This document shows positions 26,525 to 35,617 of a stretch of 40,168 nt of DNA, piece by piece. The notes beneath the pieces were generated by a model. The model searched no databases. It was not told where the DNA came from and saw only the letters and a list, made by a program, of their open reading frames with translations. The position numbers and the translations under genes were made by a program. Each line of letters starts with the position of its first letter. The first letter of the stretch is position 1. Origin of the DNA: a virus (lineage: Duplodnaviria; Caudoviricetes); the IMG/VR virus record IMGVR_UViG_3300010052_000158, positions 1 to 40,168 of that record; one strand, written 5' to 3'.

Positions 26525-26950
26525 CTACCCTGCCTCCTCGATCTCGATCGTGATCCCAACAAGCCGATCTGGCCCGCGCATCTTCTGCGCCTGGACCCAC
26601 ACAAACAGGCAGTCGTCGCGCACGATCTTTCGGCTCACAAGCAAGTCTTGAAACCCCTTGAGCCAGTTGTCCAGGTCTGGCTTTCCGGTGTGCCAAATCA
26701 GGTCCTCGCGGTCCCTGTCAGCTTTGCGCGTTGTCTCCGCCTTCGTATACGGCCAGACGATCCGAACGAACAGTGTCAGTGGACCATCGAGCGGCTTCTC
26801 TGGCACGTCTAAATGAGCGCCGAGCGCCTCCATGCCCTCTTTGTGCTTGCCGGTCTTGACCGCCATGGCGCGGCCTTTGACGACAAGCAACCGCTGCATC
26901 TGCGCAGTGGTCTTCGGCGGGACGATCGGAATGAATGCCTTGAACTTCAT
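26525..26950 (-). CDS. rusA: RusA-family Holliday junction resolvase
   Basis: KPDLDNWLKGFQDLL..DD; ATG 26950 coupled to upstream stop. Confidence 0.85.
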   Translation of the reverse strand: MKFKAFIPIVPPKTTAQMQRLLVVKGRAMAVKTGKHKEGMEALGAHLDVPEKPLDGPLTLFVRIVWPYTKAETTRKADRDREDLIWHTGKPDLDNWLKGFQDLLVSRKIVRDDCLFVWVQAQKMRGPDRLVGITIEIEEAG

Positions 26951-27222
26951 GCCCCGTCGTCCTCCGTAAACGCATACCGGCGGCGATTGACCCACGCGGA
27001 AACCTCGCCCATGAGCAACCGGTGAGACTTGACCCGCTGAACGATCCACTCCCATGACGCAGGCCAGTTCTGAAACCCGGCCTCACCGATGATCGGCTTG
27101 ATCTCGGGGTAGCTGCTCAGCGTGATTTCCAAGTCGAGCAGGGTAGCCCCTTCGATGCAGGCACCGCGCCCAGCCAGATAAGCCGCTACCCGGTTAGCAA
27201 TGGCAAGATCGAAACACGTCAT
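26947..27222 (-). CDS. Hypothetical protein
   Basis: ATGA-coupled start at 27222 with AAGGTGG upstream. Confidence 0.55.
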   Translation of the reverse strand: MTCFDLAIANRVAAYLAGRGACIEGATLLDLEITLSSYPEIKPIIGEAGFQNWPASWEWIVQRVKSHRLLMGEVSAWVNRRRYAFTEDDGA

Positions 27223-28544
27223 GCCGCCACCTTGCGCCACTTCGCGCTCAACGATTCCTTGAACTCCCGCCGCTCGTAGGGCATCAGCGCCCAATAGTCG
27301 TCTCTCAGCGTCGCGACTTCGCCCACGTAGGCGGCCAGCTCCTCCGTCCCGCACTTCGCGGTGTAGTAGCTGCTGAACGTCGTCGGGGTCTCTCCGGCGT
27401 CAAGCACATCGAACGTCAGCGCGAGCTGGTCTTGCCACCCGAGTTCGAGCGGCGGAACCGGGACGCGATCGACGAGGCCAGAGGGCGTGAGCTTTGTTGG
27501 CTCAGGCTTCGGTTCATCGACCTTCGGAGGCTCCAGGCGGTTGGCCGCATTCGCAAAACGCTTCGCCCGTGCGATGGCCGCCCGCTCCTGTGGGGTCATG
27601 GGGTCCGGAACCTCGACGCCGAACGCCCGCAGGGTCTCCCGAATCCCCGCCGTGTCCATTGCCCTCAGCTCGGCAAACTTCGAACTGCGGGTGGACGTGT
27701 AGATCAACTTCATCCGATCTTGGATGGTCTTGTCCGCATACTTCGCCCAGAGCTCGAGCAGACGGTCCTGCCACGTCTGCGCTACTTGACGGTCACTTGA
27801 TGTGGCGGGAGCTTCGACCACCGTTTCAGGTTCGGCGGGTGGCTCTGGCGTACTTGATGGGATCGCATGCACTGACTTGCAGTGGCTTAAATCTCCGCAG
27901 TCGCAGGTCGCCCAATCATAGCAACAGGTTGAAGTTGGTTCGAACTTCGTCACCGGCGGCAACGTCAGCTCGCTGACGGGAATCCCGTTCACGGTCGATG
28001 GCGCATCGGCAACGTCAGGGGCGACGGCGATCTTCGGCAACCGGCTCAGGAACTCCTCTTCCTGCTCGTCGGCGTCGTCGACCATTTTCCCGGCATCGGG
28101 AGATTGGTTCGCGATCATCGACTCGATGTCGTCATTCAGCGTCGGGCCAGGCTCCGGAAAGCTCATGCCCTCGTGGCGCAGAAGCGGGGTTTCGCTCACC
28201 GGTGCGGTTACGGGCGTCAAGCCCAGATCAGCGGCGAGTCGGTCGAGGCCCTCGGCTGTTGGCCGGATGGGGATGCTGCAGGTCGGACCGTCAAACGGAT
28301 TGTACGGACCAACCTCGTAGGGAGGTCGCAATCGGTCAGCAATGCCAGGCCCGCGCACCGGGTTCGTGATCCGATCAAACAACGGATGCGGCACGGGGAA
28401 CCCGATCTGAGCCTTCTCTCCAAACTCGGCATGCAGCAGCTTGAAAAGCTCCTCGGCCTCGGCCTCCACGAGCGCGACTGTAAGGTCTCCGATGCGCAGG
28501 CAGTACATGCGCTCTAGGGCGATCTCTTTAGGTTCTTCGGGCAT
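27219..28544 (-). CDS. Hypothetical Pro-rich protein with Cys/His cluster
   Basis: 441 aa, AAGGAGG SD; CCYDWATCDCGDLSHCKSVH. Confidence 0.65.
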   Translation of the reverse strand: MPEEPKEIALERMYCLRIGDLTVALVEAEAEELFKLLHAEFGEKAQIGFPVPHPLFDRITNPVRGPGIADRLRPPYEVGPYNPFDGPTCSIPIRPTAEGLDRLAADLGLTPVTAPVSETPLLRHEGMSFPEPGPTLNDDIESMIANQSPDAGKMVDDADEQEEEFLSRLPKIAVAPDVADAPSTVNGIPVSELTLPPVTKFEPTSTCCYDWATCDCGDLSHCKSVHAIPSSTPEPPAEPETVVEAPATSSDRQVAQTWQDRLLELWAKYADKTIQDRMKLIYTSTRSSKFAELRAMDTAGIRETLRAFGVEVPDPMTPQERAAIARAKRFANAANRLEPPKVDEPKPEPTKLTPSGLVDRVPVPPLELGWQDQLALTFDVLDAGETPTTFSSYYTAKCGTEELAAYVGEVATLRDDYWALMPYERREFKESLSAKWRKVAA

Positions 28545-28826
28545 CTACGCAACCTCCTTGTTGCCTCTGCCCTCGGCGTCGGGGGTACCCTGGGGTCCTT
28601 CTGTGCCAACAGAAACCGCCCCCTCAGCTGTGTCAGCAGCCGGGGGCATCTTCTTTCGTCGGGCTGTCTCGGGCGCAAGAAGACCGCGATACTTTCGAGC
28701 GGTCATCCAAGAGATATCGAAGTGCGCCGCGATCTTCGTGTCACTCCAGCCGAGCCGACACAGCGCCGCGAACTCATCCGCCGCCGCTGTACCTCGCTCT
28801 AATGCTGGGATTCCGGTTTTCGCCAT
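28545..28826 (-). CDS. Cro-like HTH regulator
   Basis: WSDTKIAAHFDISWMTARKY HTH; divergent from repressor. Confidence 0.75.
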   Translation of the reverse strand: MAKTGIPALERGTAAADEFAALCRLGWSDTKIAAHFDISWMTARKYRGLLAPETARRKKMPPAADTAEGAVSVGTEGPQGTPDAEGRGNKEVA

Positions 28827-28832
28827 ACCAGG

Positions 28833-28861
28833 ATTGTAGCCGAACAGTTGTTATTTTACAA
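28833..28861 (-). promoter_or_regulatory. Lytic promoter (TTGTAA-17-TACAAT) overlapped by two operator palindromes
   Basis: -35 at 28861-28856, -10 at 28838-28833, 6 nt to ATG; TTGT-N6-ACAR at 28834-28847 and 28848-28861. Confidence 0.7.
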
Positions 28862-28877
28862 GAGTCTGTTGTACACT
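28848..28877 (+). promoter_or_regulatory. Candidate repressor promoter TTGTTA-18-TACACT
   Basis: Hexamers at 28848-28853 and 28872-28877, 9 nt before ATG 28887. Confidence 0.45.
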
Positions 28878-28886
28878 TTTTGAAAA

Positions 28887-29582
28887 ATGATCTGCATGGC
28901 ACGTGGAGACATCGGTTTACGGGTTCGCCAGGCGCGGGAAGCGTTCCCTGGTCGAATGCGGATCATTGACCTTTCCAAGAAGCTCGGCATATCCCATGCA
29001 AGACTCAGCAACTGGGAGCGTGGCGAACATGATCCGCCGCCTGAGTACATCGAGCGCATAGCCCAGGCGCTTCGCGTAAACATCGGCTGGCTGCTGGGCG
29101 ACGCCGTGCCCATGATAGATTCGACAGCATCGTTCATCAAGCCCGTGCATCGGGCTGGCTCTCGAATCGTTCCGATTTACGGCGCGATCAGCGCCGGCAA
29201 GCCCGAACATATGACAAGCGACGCTATTGAGTTCTATGAAATGGTCGAATGGGGTGGAGATTTTGAACGCTGGGGCCGCGTTGTGGATGGCTGGAGCATG
29301 GAGCCACACCTAACCGCAGGTGACTGGGCGATCTTCGAGAATCGCCGATGGGAGCCGGGGCACGTGGTCCACGCGTACCGCGACGGCGAGGACACTGTCA
29401 AGCAGGTGCGGTTCATTAATGGCGTGCTCACGCTTTGCCCGACGAACCCCGATTACGAAGCCTTCGACGGACGCGACTGGCACATCAAAGGGGTTTGCAT
29501 TGCCCTTGTTCGGATGGAGCAAGACGGGGGCCAAACGCTGCGCCAATACGCACACGGAATGCGCCCGCGAACTCAACCGTAA
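28887..29582 (+). CDS. cI: CI/LexA-type repressor (XRE HTH plus S24 peptidase)
   Basis: HTH LSKKLGISHARLSNWERG; ISAG cleavage site; GWSMEP Ser; TVKQ Lys; start 28887 or 28896. Confidence 0.9.
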   Translation: MICMARGDIGLRVRQAREAFPGRMRIIDLSKKLGISHARLSNWERGEHDPPPEYIERIAQALRVNIGWLLGDAVPMIDSTASFIKPVHRAGSRIVPIYGAISAGKPEHMTSDAIEFYEMVEWGGDFERWGRVVDGWSMEPHLTAGDWAIFENRRWEPGHVVHAYRDGEDTVKQVRFINGVLTLCPTNPDYEAFDGRDWHIKGVCIALVRMEQDGGQTLRQYAHGMRPRTQP

Positions 29583-29611
29583 CTTTTTTACAAAAAAGTC
29601 TGTTGAAATGC

Positions 29612-29640
29612 TTGTATTTCGACAGGGCTTCGTGTAAGAT
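29612..29640 (+). promoter_or_regulatory. Early promoter TTGTAT-17-TAAGAT with operator
   Basis: -35 29612-29617, -10 29635-29640; TTGT-ATTTCG-ACAG at 29612-29625. Confidence 0.7.
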
Positions 29641-29681
29641 GTTTCTTGTCGGCTGCTGACACGGCTGACAAGGAAACAGGA

Positions 29682-29876
29682 ATGGCACAGAAGATTATTT
29701 CTTCGCCGACCGCGTCTCGGGTAACCGGGACCTACGACCAGACCGCGCGAAAGCGCCATGCGACCCGCCGCGAACTCCGCGGAGCAGATCGACGAGCTGA
29801 GCGCCGAGAGTGGCGCGAGGCCGCCACGATCATCCTTCATCCGGCGCTGTTCAATCAGCAGATGGAGGTCGCATGA
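29682..29876 (+). CDS. Small Arg-rich early protein
   Basis: ATG 29682 after AAGGAAACAGGA; ATGA-coupled to next gene. Confidence 0.6.
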   Translation: MAQKIISSPTASRVTGTYDQTARKRHATRRELRGADRRAERREWREAATIILHPALFNQQMEVA

Positions 29877-31843
29877 TCTCCAGCCTGCTCACCGCAACCG
29901 CAGCCCTCAGCCTCAAGCGCCTCGAGCTGCGCAACTTCAAGGGCATCCGCGACTTCACCCTTACGCCTGACGGCAAGGACGTCGCCATCTACGCCGACAA
30001 CGGCCTCGGCAAGACCACGATCGCCGACGCCATCTTCTGGCTGCTGTTCGATAAGGACTCGCTCAACCAGAAGCAGTTCGAGATCAAGACGCTCGACGCC
30101 GAAGGCAAGGTCATTCCGGGCCTCGACCACAGCGTAGCGGCGACGTTCGATCTGGGCGACGCCACCGAAGTGACGCTTGAGAAGATCTTCCGAGAGGTCT
30201 GGACCAAGAAGCGCGGGAACGCTACCCGCGAGTTCGACGGCCACACGACCGACTACAAGATCAACGGCGTCCCGGTCCAGAAGAAGGAGTACGACGCGCG
30301 CCTGGCGGGCATCTGCGACGAGAAGTTGTTCCGGCTACTCTCCGACCCAACCTACTTCTCGGTTCACCTCTCGTGGCAGGACCGGCGAGTCATGCTTCTC
30401 AAGGTCTGCGGCGACATTACTGACGCCGACGTGATCGAGGCATCCCCCGCCCTCGCCGCCCTGCCTACCCTTCTCGGCCGACATTCGATCGACGAGTTCC
30501 GCAAGATCAAGCAGGCCTCGCGGCGCGAGACGAACGCCGAGCTCGAGACGATCCCCGTCCGCCTGGACGAGCTGAACCGGTCCATCAACGCCGAGGCTCT
30601 CCCGGTCCCGGACATCGACGCTCTCCGAGCCGAGCTGCAGACCCTTAACGAGAAGCGCGCAGGCATCGCTGCCGGCGGCGCGGTTTCCGAGAAGCAGATC
30701 GAGCTGCGGAAGATCGAGGCCGAGATCCTAGACGTTCGATCGCGCATCCGATCGGAAGCGATGGCGGCCACCAGCGGCATTCGAGAAGAGTTTGCTGCCG
30801 CGGCCAAGCTGGTCACCGAGAAGGAAGTCGAGATCCGCGGGTTGGAAGCACGACTCGCCGATGTTCAGAAGCGCGCGGCCGGTCTGGCTGATCGCCTGAA
30901 CTCGATGCGCGCTCAGTATCACGAGCGAAACGCTCAGACCTTCGAATGGACCGGCGTCGACACGTGCGCATCGTGCGGTCAGTCGCTCCCGGCTGACAAG
31001 GTGGCCGAGGCGCGCAACAAGGCCGAGGCGAACTTCAACGAGCTCAAGGCCAAGGACCTCGAGGCCAACAAGGCCGTAGGCAGACAGCTCAAAGCCGAGC
31101 ACGACGAAGCGACCGCCGAAGTCCAGCGGCTGACGGGTCTTCTCGAATCGGCGAAGGCCGAGTTGCCGGTCCTGACCGAACGCGCTGGCGAGCTGCAATC
31201 GCAGATGGGCGCCACGTCCGAGCCTGACTGCTCACTGGATTCTCGGATCATCGAGCTGAACCGGCAGAAGGACTGCATCGCCGTCGAGATCGAGCAGCTA
31301 CGGGGCTCGAACACCTTCGCGCTGGCCGACATCGACCGGCAGATCCAAGAACTGCGCACAAAGGTGCAGGACGGTGAGACGCTCAAAGCCCGGGAGACCG
31401 AGCGAGAGCGCGCCCGGGTCCGCCTGGATGAGCTCAAGGCACGGTCCAAGCAACTCGCCAAGGACCTCGAGGCGATCGACCACGCGCTCCACCTCTGCGA
31501 CGAGTTCGTTCGCACGAAGGTGCGCATGCTCGAGACGAAGATCAACGATCGGTTCAAGATTGCCCGGTTCAAGCTCTTCGAAACGCAGGTGAACGGCGCG
31601 ATCGCCGAGACCTGCGAGATCACCGCGAACGGTGTGCCCTACAGCTCGCTCAACCACGCCATGAGGCTGAATGTCGGCCTCGACGTCATCAACGTCCTCG
31701 CCGCGCACCACGGGTTCGCCCCGCTGGTGATCATCGACGGCGCTGAGTCAGTCACGCGGATCGAGCCGACCACCGGCCAGCAGATCCGCCTCGTCGTGTC
31801 CGAGGCCGACAAGACCCTGCGTCCTGTCGGCCTCGCCGCCTGA
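29873..31843 (+). CDS. SMC/Rad50(SbcC)-like coiled-coil ATPase
   Basis: GGAGG SD; Walker A ADNGLGKTT, central CASCG zinc hook, Walker B VIIDGAES. Confidence 0.88.
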   Translation: MISSLLTATAALSLKRLELRNFKGIRDFTLTPDGKDVAIYADNGLGKTTIADAIFWLLFDKDSLNQKQFEIKTLDAEGKVIPGLDHSVAATFDLGDATEVTLEKIFREVWTKKRGNATREFDGHTTDYKINGVPVQKKEYDARLAGICDEKLFRLLSDPTYFSVHLSWQDRRVMLLKVCGDITDADVIEASPALAALPTLLGRHSIDEFRKIKQASRRETNAELETIPVRLDELNRSINAEALPVPDIDALRAELQTLNEKRAGIAAGGAVSEKQIELRKIEAEILDVRSRIRSEAMAATSGIREEFAAAAKLVTEKEVEIRGLEARLADVQKRAAGLADRLNSMRAQYHERNAQTFEWTGVDTCASCGQSLPADKVAEARNKAEANFNELKAKDLEANKAVGRQLKAEHDEATAEVQRLTGLLESAKAELPVLTERAGELQSQMGATSEPDCSLDSRIIELNRQKDCIAVEIEQLRGSNTFALADIDRQIQELRTKVQDGETLKARETERERARVRLDELKARSKQLAKDLEAIDHALHLCDEFVRTKVRMLETKINDRFKIARFKLFETQVNGAIAETCEITANGVPYSSLNHAMRLNVGLDVINVLAAHHGFAPLVIIDGAESVTRIEPTTGQQIRLVVSEADKTLRPVGLAA

Positions 31844-31863
31844 ACCTGAGGAGGTTTCCAACT

Positions 31864-32769
31864 ATGTCTGATCCGAACACCAACAACACGCCCGTCGCTG
31901 CCGAATCCGCCAACCCGACCGTCCGCGTCCAGCAGATGATCCAGGGCTTCATGGAGAAGCGAACGCTTCACCTGCCCGCTGACTACAGCGCTGAGAATGC
32001 GCTCAAACAGGCTTGGCTCGTGCTCCAGACCGTCCAGGACAAGGACCGACGCCCTGCGCTGCAGGTCTGCACTCAGCCGAGCGTGATCAACGCCCTGCTC
32101 GATATGGTCGTGCAGGGACTCAACCCGGCGAAGAAGCAGTGCTACTTCATCGTCTATGGCAACGGTCTCGTGTGCCAGCGGTCGTACTTCGGCGATATCG
32201 CCCTGGCTCAACGCGTGATGCCCGGGATCGAGCCGTACTACGGCGTGATCTACGAGGGTGATGGCTTCGAGATGGAGATCATCCGAGGTCGCACCCACGT
32301 AAAGCACACGACCCAACTCGACAATCAGGGCAAGTCGATCAAGGGCGCCTACTGCGGGATCATCAGCGCCGACGGCGAAGACCTCGGCTGCGAGGTCATG
32401 ACGTTCGCGCAGATCCAGCAGAGCTGGGGCATGTCGAAGACCTACAACCCGAAGGGCGACAAGGGAACTCACCACGAGTTCCCCGACCAGATGTCGCTAC
32501 GCACGGTCATCCGTCGACGCCTCAAGCCCATCATCAACGCGGCCAACGATGCACTCCTCCTCGAGAGCATCCGCCGGCAGGAGATGGACCAGGCCGAAGC
32601 CGAGATGGCCGACGAAGTCGCCGAGTGCGGCAACGGCCAGATCATCACGGTCCAGCCCGAGCCCGAAGCGCTGCCCACGGCCACAATCGCCGCGCAGCTC
32701 TCCGAAGAGCCGAAGCCCGAGCCGGTCGCGGCGGCGGCGCCGGCCGACGAGGGAGGCGACCCCTACTGA
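31864..32769 (+). CDS. recT: RecT-family single-strand annealing protein
   Basis: GLNPAKKQCYFIVYG..QRSYFG; QMSLRTVIRR; acidic tail. Confidence 0.9.
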   Translation: MSDPNTNNTPVAAESANPTVRVQQMIQGFMEKRTLHLPADYSAENALKQAWLVLQTVQDKDRRPALQVCTQPSVINALLDMVVQGLNPAKKQCYFIVYGNGLVCQRSYFGDIALAQRVMPGIEPYYGVIYEGDGFEMEIIRGRTHVKHTTQLDNQGKSIKGAYCGIISADGEDLGCEVMTFAQIQQSWGMSKTYNPKGDKGTHHEFPDQMSLRTVIRRRLKPIINAANDALLLESIRRQEMDQAEAEMADEVAECGNGQIITVQPEPEALPTATIAAQLSEEPKPEPVAAAAPADEGGDPY

Positions 32770-33500
32770 TGCTCCAGTTCGAGCCTCTGGCCTCGAGCTC
32801 GGCGGGTTGCTCCTACGTTCTGCGTAGGGGCGACCTGGCCCCGCTCCTCATCGATGCGGGTCTCCCCTTCCGGGAGATCCAGCGCGCACTGAACTTCCAA
32901 CTGTCCAGGATTGCCGGATGCTTGGTCAGCCACGCGCACGGCGACCACTCGAAGGCGGTGTACGAACTGCTCCGATCGGGCGTCGACGTCTACGCCTCGC
33001 AGGAATGCCTCGAGCAATGCGGCACGACTGTCAGCGTGTTCGCCAACCCGGTCAAGCCCGAGATTGGTTTCCACGTTGGTCCGTGGTACGTGAAGCCGTT
33101 CGCCGCGGTGCATGACCTGCCCGGGACGCTCGGGTTCTACATCGCACCTCGAGGTGAGCGAGAGCGGTTCCTCTACCTGACCGATTCGGCGTACTCGCCT
33201 TTCCGGTTCGAGGGACTCACTCACATCGCGGTTGAGTGCAACTACTCCGCCGAGATCATGCGACAGAACGCGCTGAGCGGCGAGCTGAGCCCTGATCGGT
33301 TCAAGCGCACCACGCGAACCCACATGAGCCTCGAGCGGCTGCTCGACATGCTCGCGGCCAACGACCTGAGCAATGTCCAGGAGATTCACCTGCTGCACCT
33401 CAGCGACGCGAACAGCGACGAAGAGGCATTCGCGACGACGGTGCGACGGGCGACCGGCTGCCCTGTTTACGTGGCCGCGAAGAAGGCGGTGCGAGCGTGA
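32769..33500 (+). CDS. MBL-fold metallo-hydrolase (putative exonuclease)
   Basis: SSSAGC, LIDAG, SHAHGDH, HD, TD, ECNY, HLS motifs. Confidence 0.88.
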   Translation: MLQFEPLASSSAGCSYVLRRGDLAPLLIDAGLPFREIQRALNFQLSRIAGCLVSHAHGDHSKAVYELLRSGVDVYASQECLEQCGTTVSVFANPVKPEIGFHVGPWYVKPFAAVHDLPGTLGFYIAPRGERERFLYLTDSAYSPFRFEGLTHIAVECNYSAEIMRQNALSGELSPDRFKRTTRTHMSLERLLDMLAANDLSNVQEIHLLHLSDANSDEEAFATTVRRATGCPVYVAAKKAVRA

Positions 33501-33691
33501 GCGATCGCGAAGCAAGCATCGCCGAGGTCAAGCAGTCGATCGTGCGGCTCAAGAACCTGATCCGCGCTTACTACCCATACCGCGAATACGCAGAAGTCGA
33601 CGCCGAAATGTCTCGGCTCCAGGACGAGGTCAACGCACTTGACCGCAAGCTCGCCTGGCTCGAATCCCAACCCACCAAGGAGGTGGCATAG
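33497..33691 (+). CDS. Small coiled-coil hypothetical protein
   Basis: GTGA-coupled. Confidence 0.6.
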   Translation: MSDREASIAEVKQSIVRLKNLIRAYYPYREYAEVDAEMSRLQDEVNALDRKLAWLESQPTKEVA

Positions 33692-34291
33692 ATGAAGAGT
33701 TACATCGTTTCCCTACGCGAGCTCAAGTGGCTCCAATCAGCTGCAAGCAACGACAGTCACCGCCCGAACCTACGCTACGGGTTTACGGCTTGGTTCGATG
33801 GTTGCGCGTGGCTCTGCGCGACCGACACGCACCGACTGCACATGGTGCGGCTTGGCAAGTCTGGAGTGTTCACCGCTCAGCATGTCGACTTGAAGCGGCT
33901 GATCGTGGAGGCCGAACTCGCAAAGGCGAGCCATGTAGAGGTTTCGACCGACTGGACAAAGGCGACCGTGGGCCAGATTGCTGGCAACGGCGACGAACTC
34001 ATCTACGCCAGCCCGGTCTACGCCCCGTTCACGGTCGAAGACACACCGCCAAACGCGGCAAAGATCGTCGAGAACGGATGCAAGACTCCCGTGAGCGAGT
34101 TCTTCGCGGTGAACATCCGCTATCTGGCAGATGCGCTGTCGCTTGCGTCCGACGATCAGAACCGGGTCGTCATCTACGCGAAGAACAAGAACACCGTCCA
34201 CTTCATTCAGCCGGACAACCCGTCGCCGCGATGGCTGGTGGCACTGATGCCTATGGCGATTGGCGCCCACTGGGCCACGGAGGCAGCATGA
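33692..34291 (+). CDS. Sliding-clamp (DnaN)-like truncated protein
   Basis: CATDTHRL, VNIRYLADAL, ALMPM resemble beta-clamp motifs; only 199 aa. Confidence 0.6.
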   Translation: MKSYIVSLRELKWLQSAASNDSHRPNLRYGFTAWFDGCAWLCATDTHRLHMVRLGKSGVFTAQHVDLKRLIVEAELAKASHVEVSTDWTKATVGQIAGNGDELIYASPVYAPFTVEDTPPNAAKIVENGCKTPVSEFFAVNIRYLADALSLASDDQNRVVIYAKNKNTVHFIQPDNPSPRWLVALMPMAIGAHWATEAA

Positions 34292-34785
34292 ACCGAAACG
34301 CCCTTGCATTCGCCATCGGCTTCGCGCTCGCCTACTTGGGCGGCCGAGTCGCACTCTCCGCTTACTCGGCGGAGACGGACCGCATGTACCCCGAGCCCGA
34401 GCTCATCTCGCCGGCGGCGGTGAAGCTCGTCGCCATGGCCGCCATGCCGGCACCCGAGCCGGTGAACCCGTGGAAGCGCACCAGGATCACGACCTACGGC
34501 CGTGGCTACCACGGCAAGACGACCAACAGCGGCGAGCGATTCGACGACAACAAGCTGACCGCGGCGGCTCCCGTGAAGGGCAAGACTAAGGCCGGCCGGC
34601 ACATTCCGAGCATCCCGTTCGGCACCTACGTCGAGGTGCGCTATGGCGCGCGTTCGGTGGTTGTGAAGATCAACGACACCTGTGTGGGCGGCACTCTCGA
34701 CCTCAGCAAAGCGGCCATGACCGAGCTGCTCGGGCGATACGAAGAGACGACGCTGCGCGGTGAGTGGCGGGTGGTGCGGCCGTGA
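34288..34785 (+). CDS. RlpA-like double-psi beta-barrel protein with N-terminal TM/signal
   Basis: YGRGYHGKTTNSGERFD..LTAA..IPFGT.VEV..VVVKIND..LDLSKAA. Confidence 0.85.
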   Translation: MNRNALAFAIGFALAYLGGRVALSAYSAETDRMYPEPELISPAAVKLVAMAAMPAPEPVNPWKRTRITTYGRGYHGKTTNSGERFDDNKLTAAAPVKGKTKAGRHIPSIPFGTYVEVRYGARSVVVKINDTCVGGTLDLSKAAMTELLGRYEETTLRGEWRVVRP

Positions 34786-35021
34786 AGGGGCTCTATCTGA
34801 AGTACTACGTCAGGCGGGTTGACAACACCGACCTGCCAGGTGGGAAGCACCATGGCTGTCGTCTGTTCGTTCTCGACATCACCCATGATCCGGCGGCGCG
34901 AGCGGCAGCGCTTGCTTACGCCGATGCAACACCTAACCAAGACCTTGCTCGCGATCTTCGCAGCGAAGTTGATAAGGCTCTTGCGCAAGACCATGTTGAT
35001 GCCGAGGGGAAGGGCCGATGA
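34782..35021 (+). CDS. Hypothetical phage protein
   Basis: GTGA-coupled; FVLDITHDPAARAAALAYA. Confidence 0.65.
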   Translation: MKGLYLKYYVRRVDNTDLPGGKHHGCRLFVLDITHDPAARAAALAYADATPNQDLARDLRSEVDKALAQDHVDAEGKGR

Positions 35022-35617
35022 TCGTCGAGCACGAGAACCAGGTGCCCTGGCCAGCCGGCCGAGGCATCACGGCATCCCGCAAGAGCGGGCCGTTCAAGAC
35101 GAACATGACCGACGCCTGCGAGCGAATCGAGCGTGAAGTGGGCGCATTCACCCGCGCAGGTCGAGACTGGCGAACAAGAAGCCTTCGCATCTACGCAGAG
35201 TGCCAGCTCGGCGTTCGGAACCGGTTCCTTGCGAACCAGCGCGGGCTGCTCGATCCTCGCGTCGCAGTCGAGTTCGATCTCGACGGTCAGCAGTACATCA
35301 TCGTCGCCGACCGATACGTCGAGCCATGGCAGAACCTGTGCGGAATCGCCGAGTACATCAAGGCAATCAGGGCACAGGAGCGAAACGGGATCTTCACCGC
35401 GGATGAGATGTTCGCTTCGTTCGCTGCTCTGCCTTCGGCGCGATCTCGCCACTGGTCCGAGGTCCTCATGGTGCCAAAGTCGGCCACGCGCGAGCAGATC
35501 GACCGCGCCTACCGCGAGCTCGTCCGCAAGCTGCATCCCGACGTCGGCGGAGATCACGAAGAAATGGTGCTGCTGAACGTCGCCTACGACCAGGCGAAAG
35601 CCGAGGTGGGTGGCTGA
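35018..35617 (+). CDS. C-terminal J-domain protein
   Basis: IDRAYRELVRKLHPDVGG..LNVAYDQA with HPD motif. Confidence 0.85.
   Translation: MIVEHENQVPWPAGRGITASRKSGPFKTNMTDACERIEREVGAFTRAGRDWRTRSLRIYAECQLGVRNRFLANQRGLLDPRVAVEFDLDGQQYIIVADRYVEPWQNLCGIAEYIKAIRAQERNGIFTADEMFASFAALPSARSRHWSEVLMVPKSATREQIDRAYRELVRKLHPDVGGDHEEMVLLNVAYDQAKAEVGG

Noticed and set aside
29582-29599. ACTTTTTT-AC-AAAAAAGT as repressor terminator
   Set aside because: Nearly all A-U stem with a 2-nt loop; more likely a bent-DNA or protein site, unresolved
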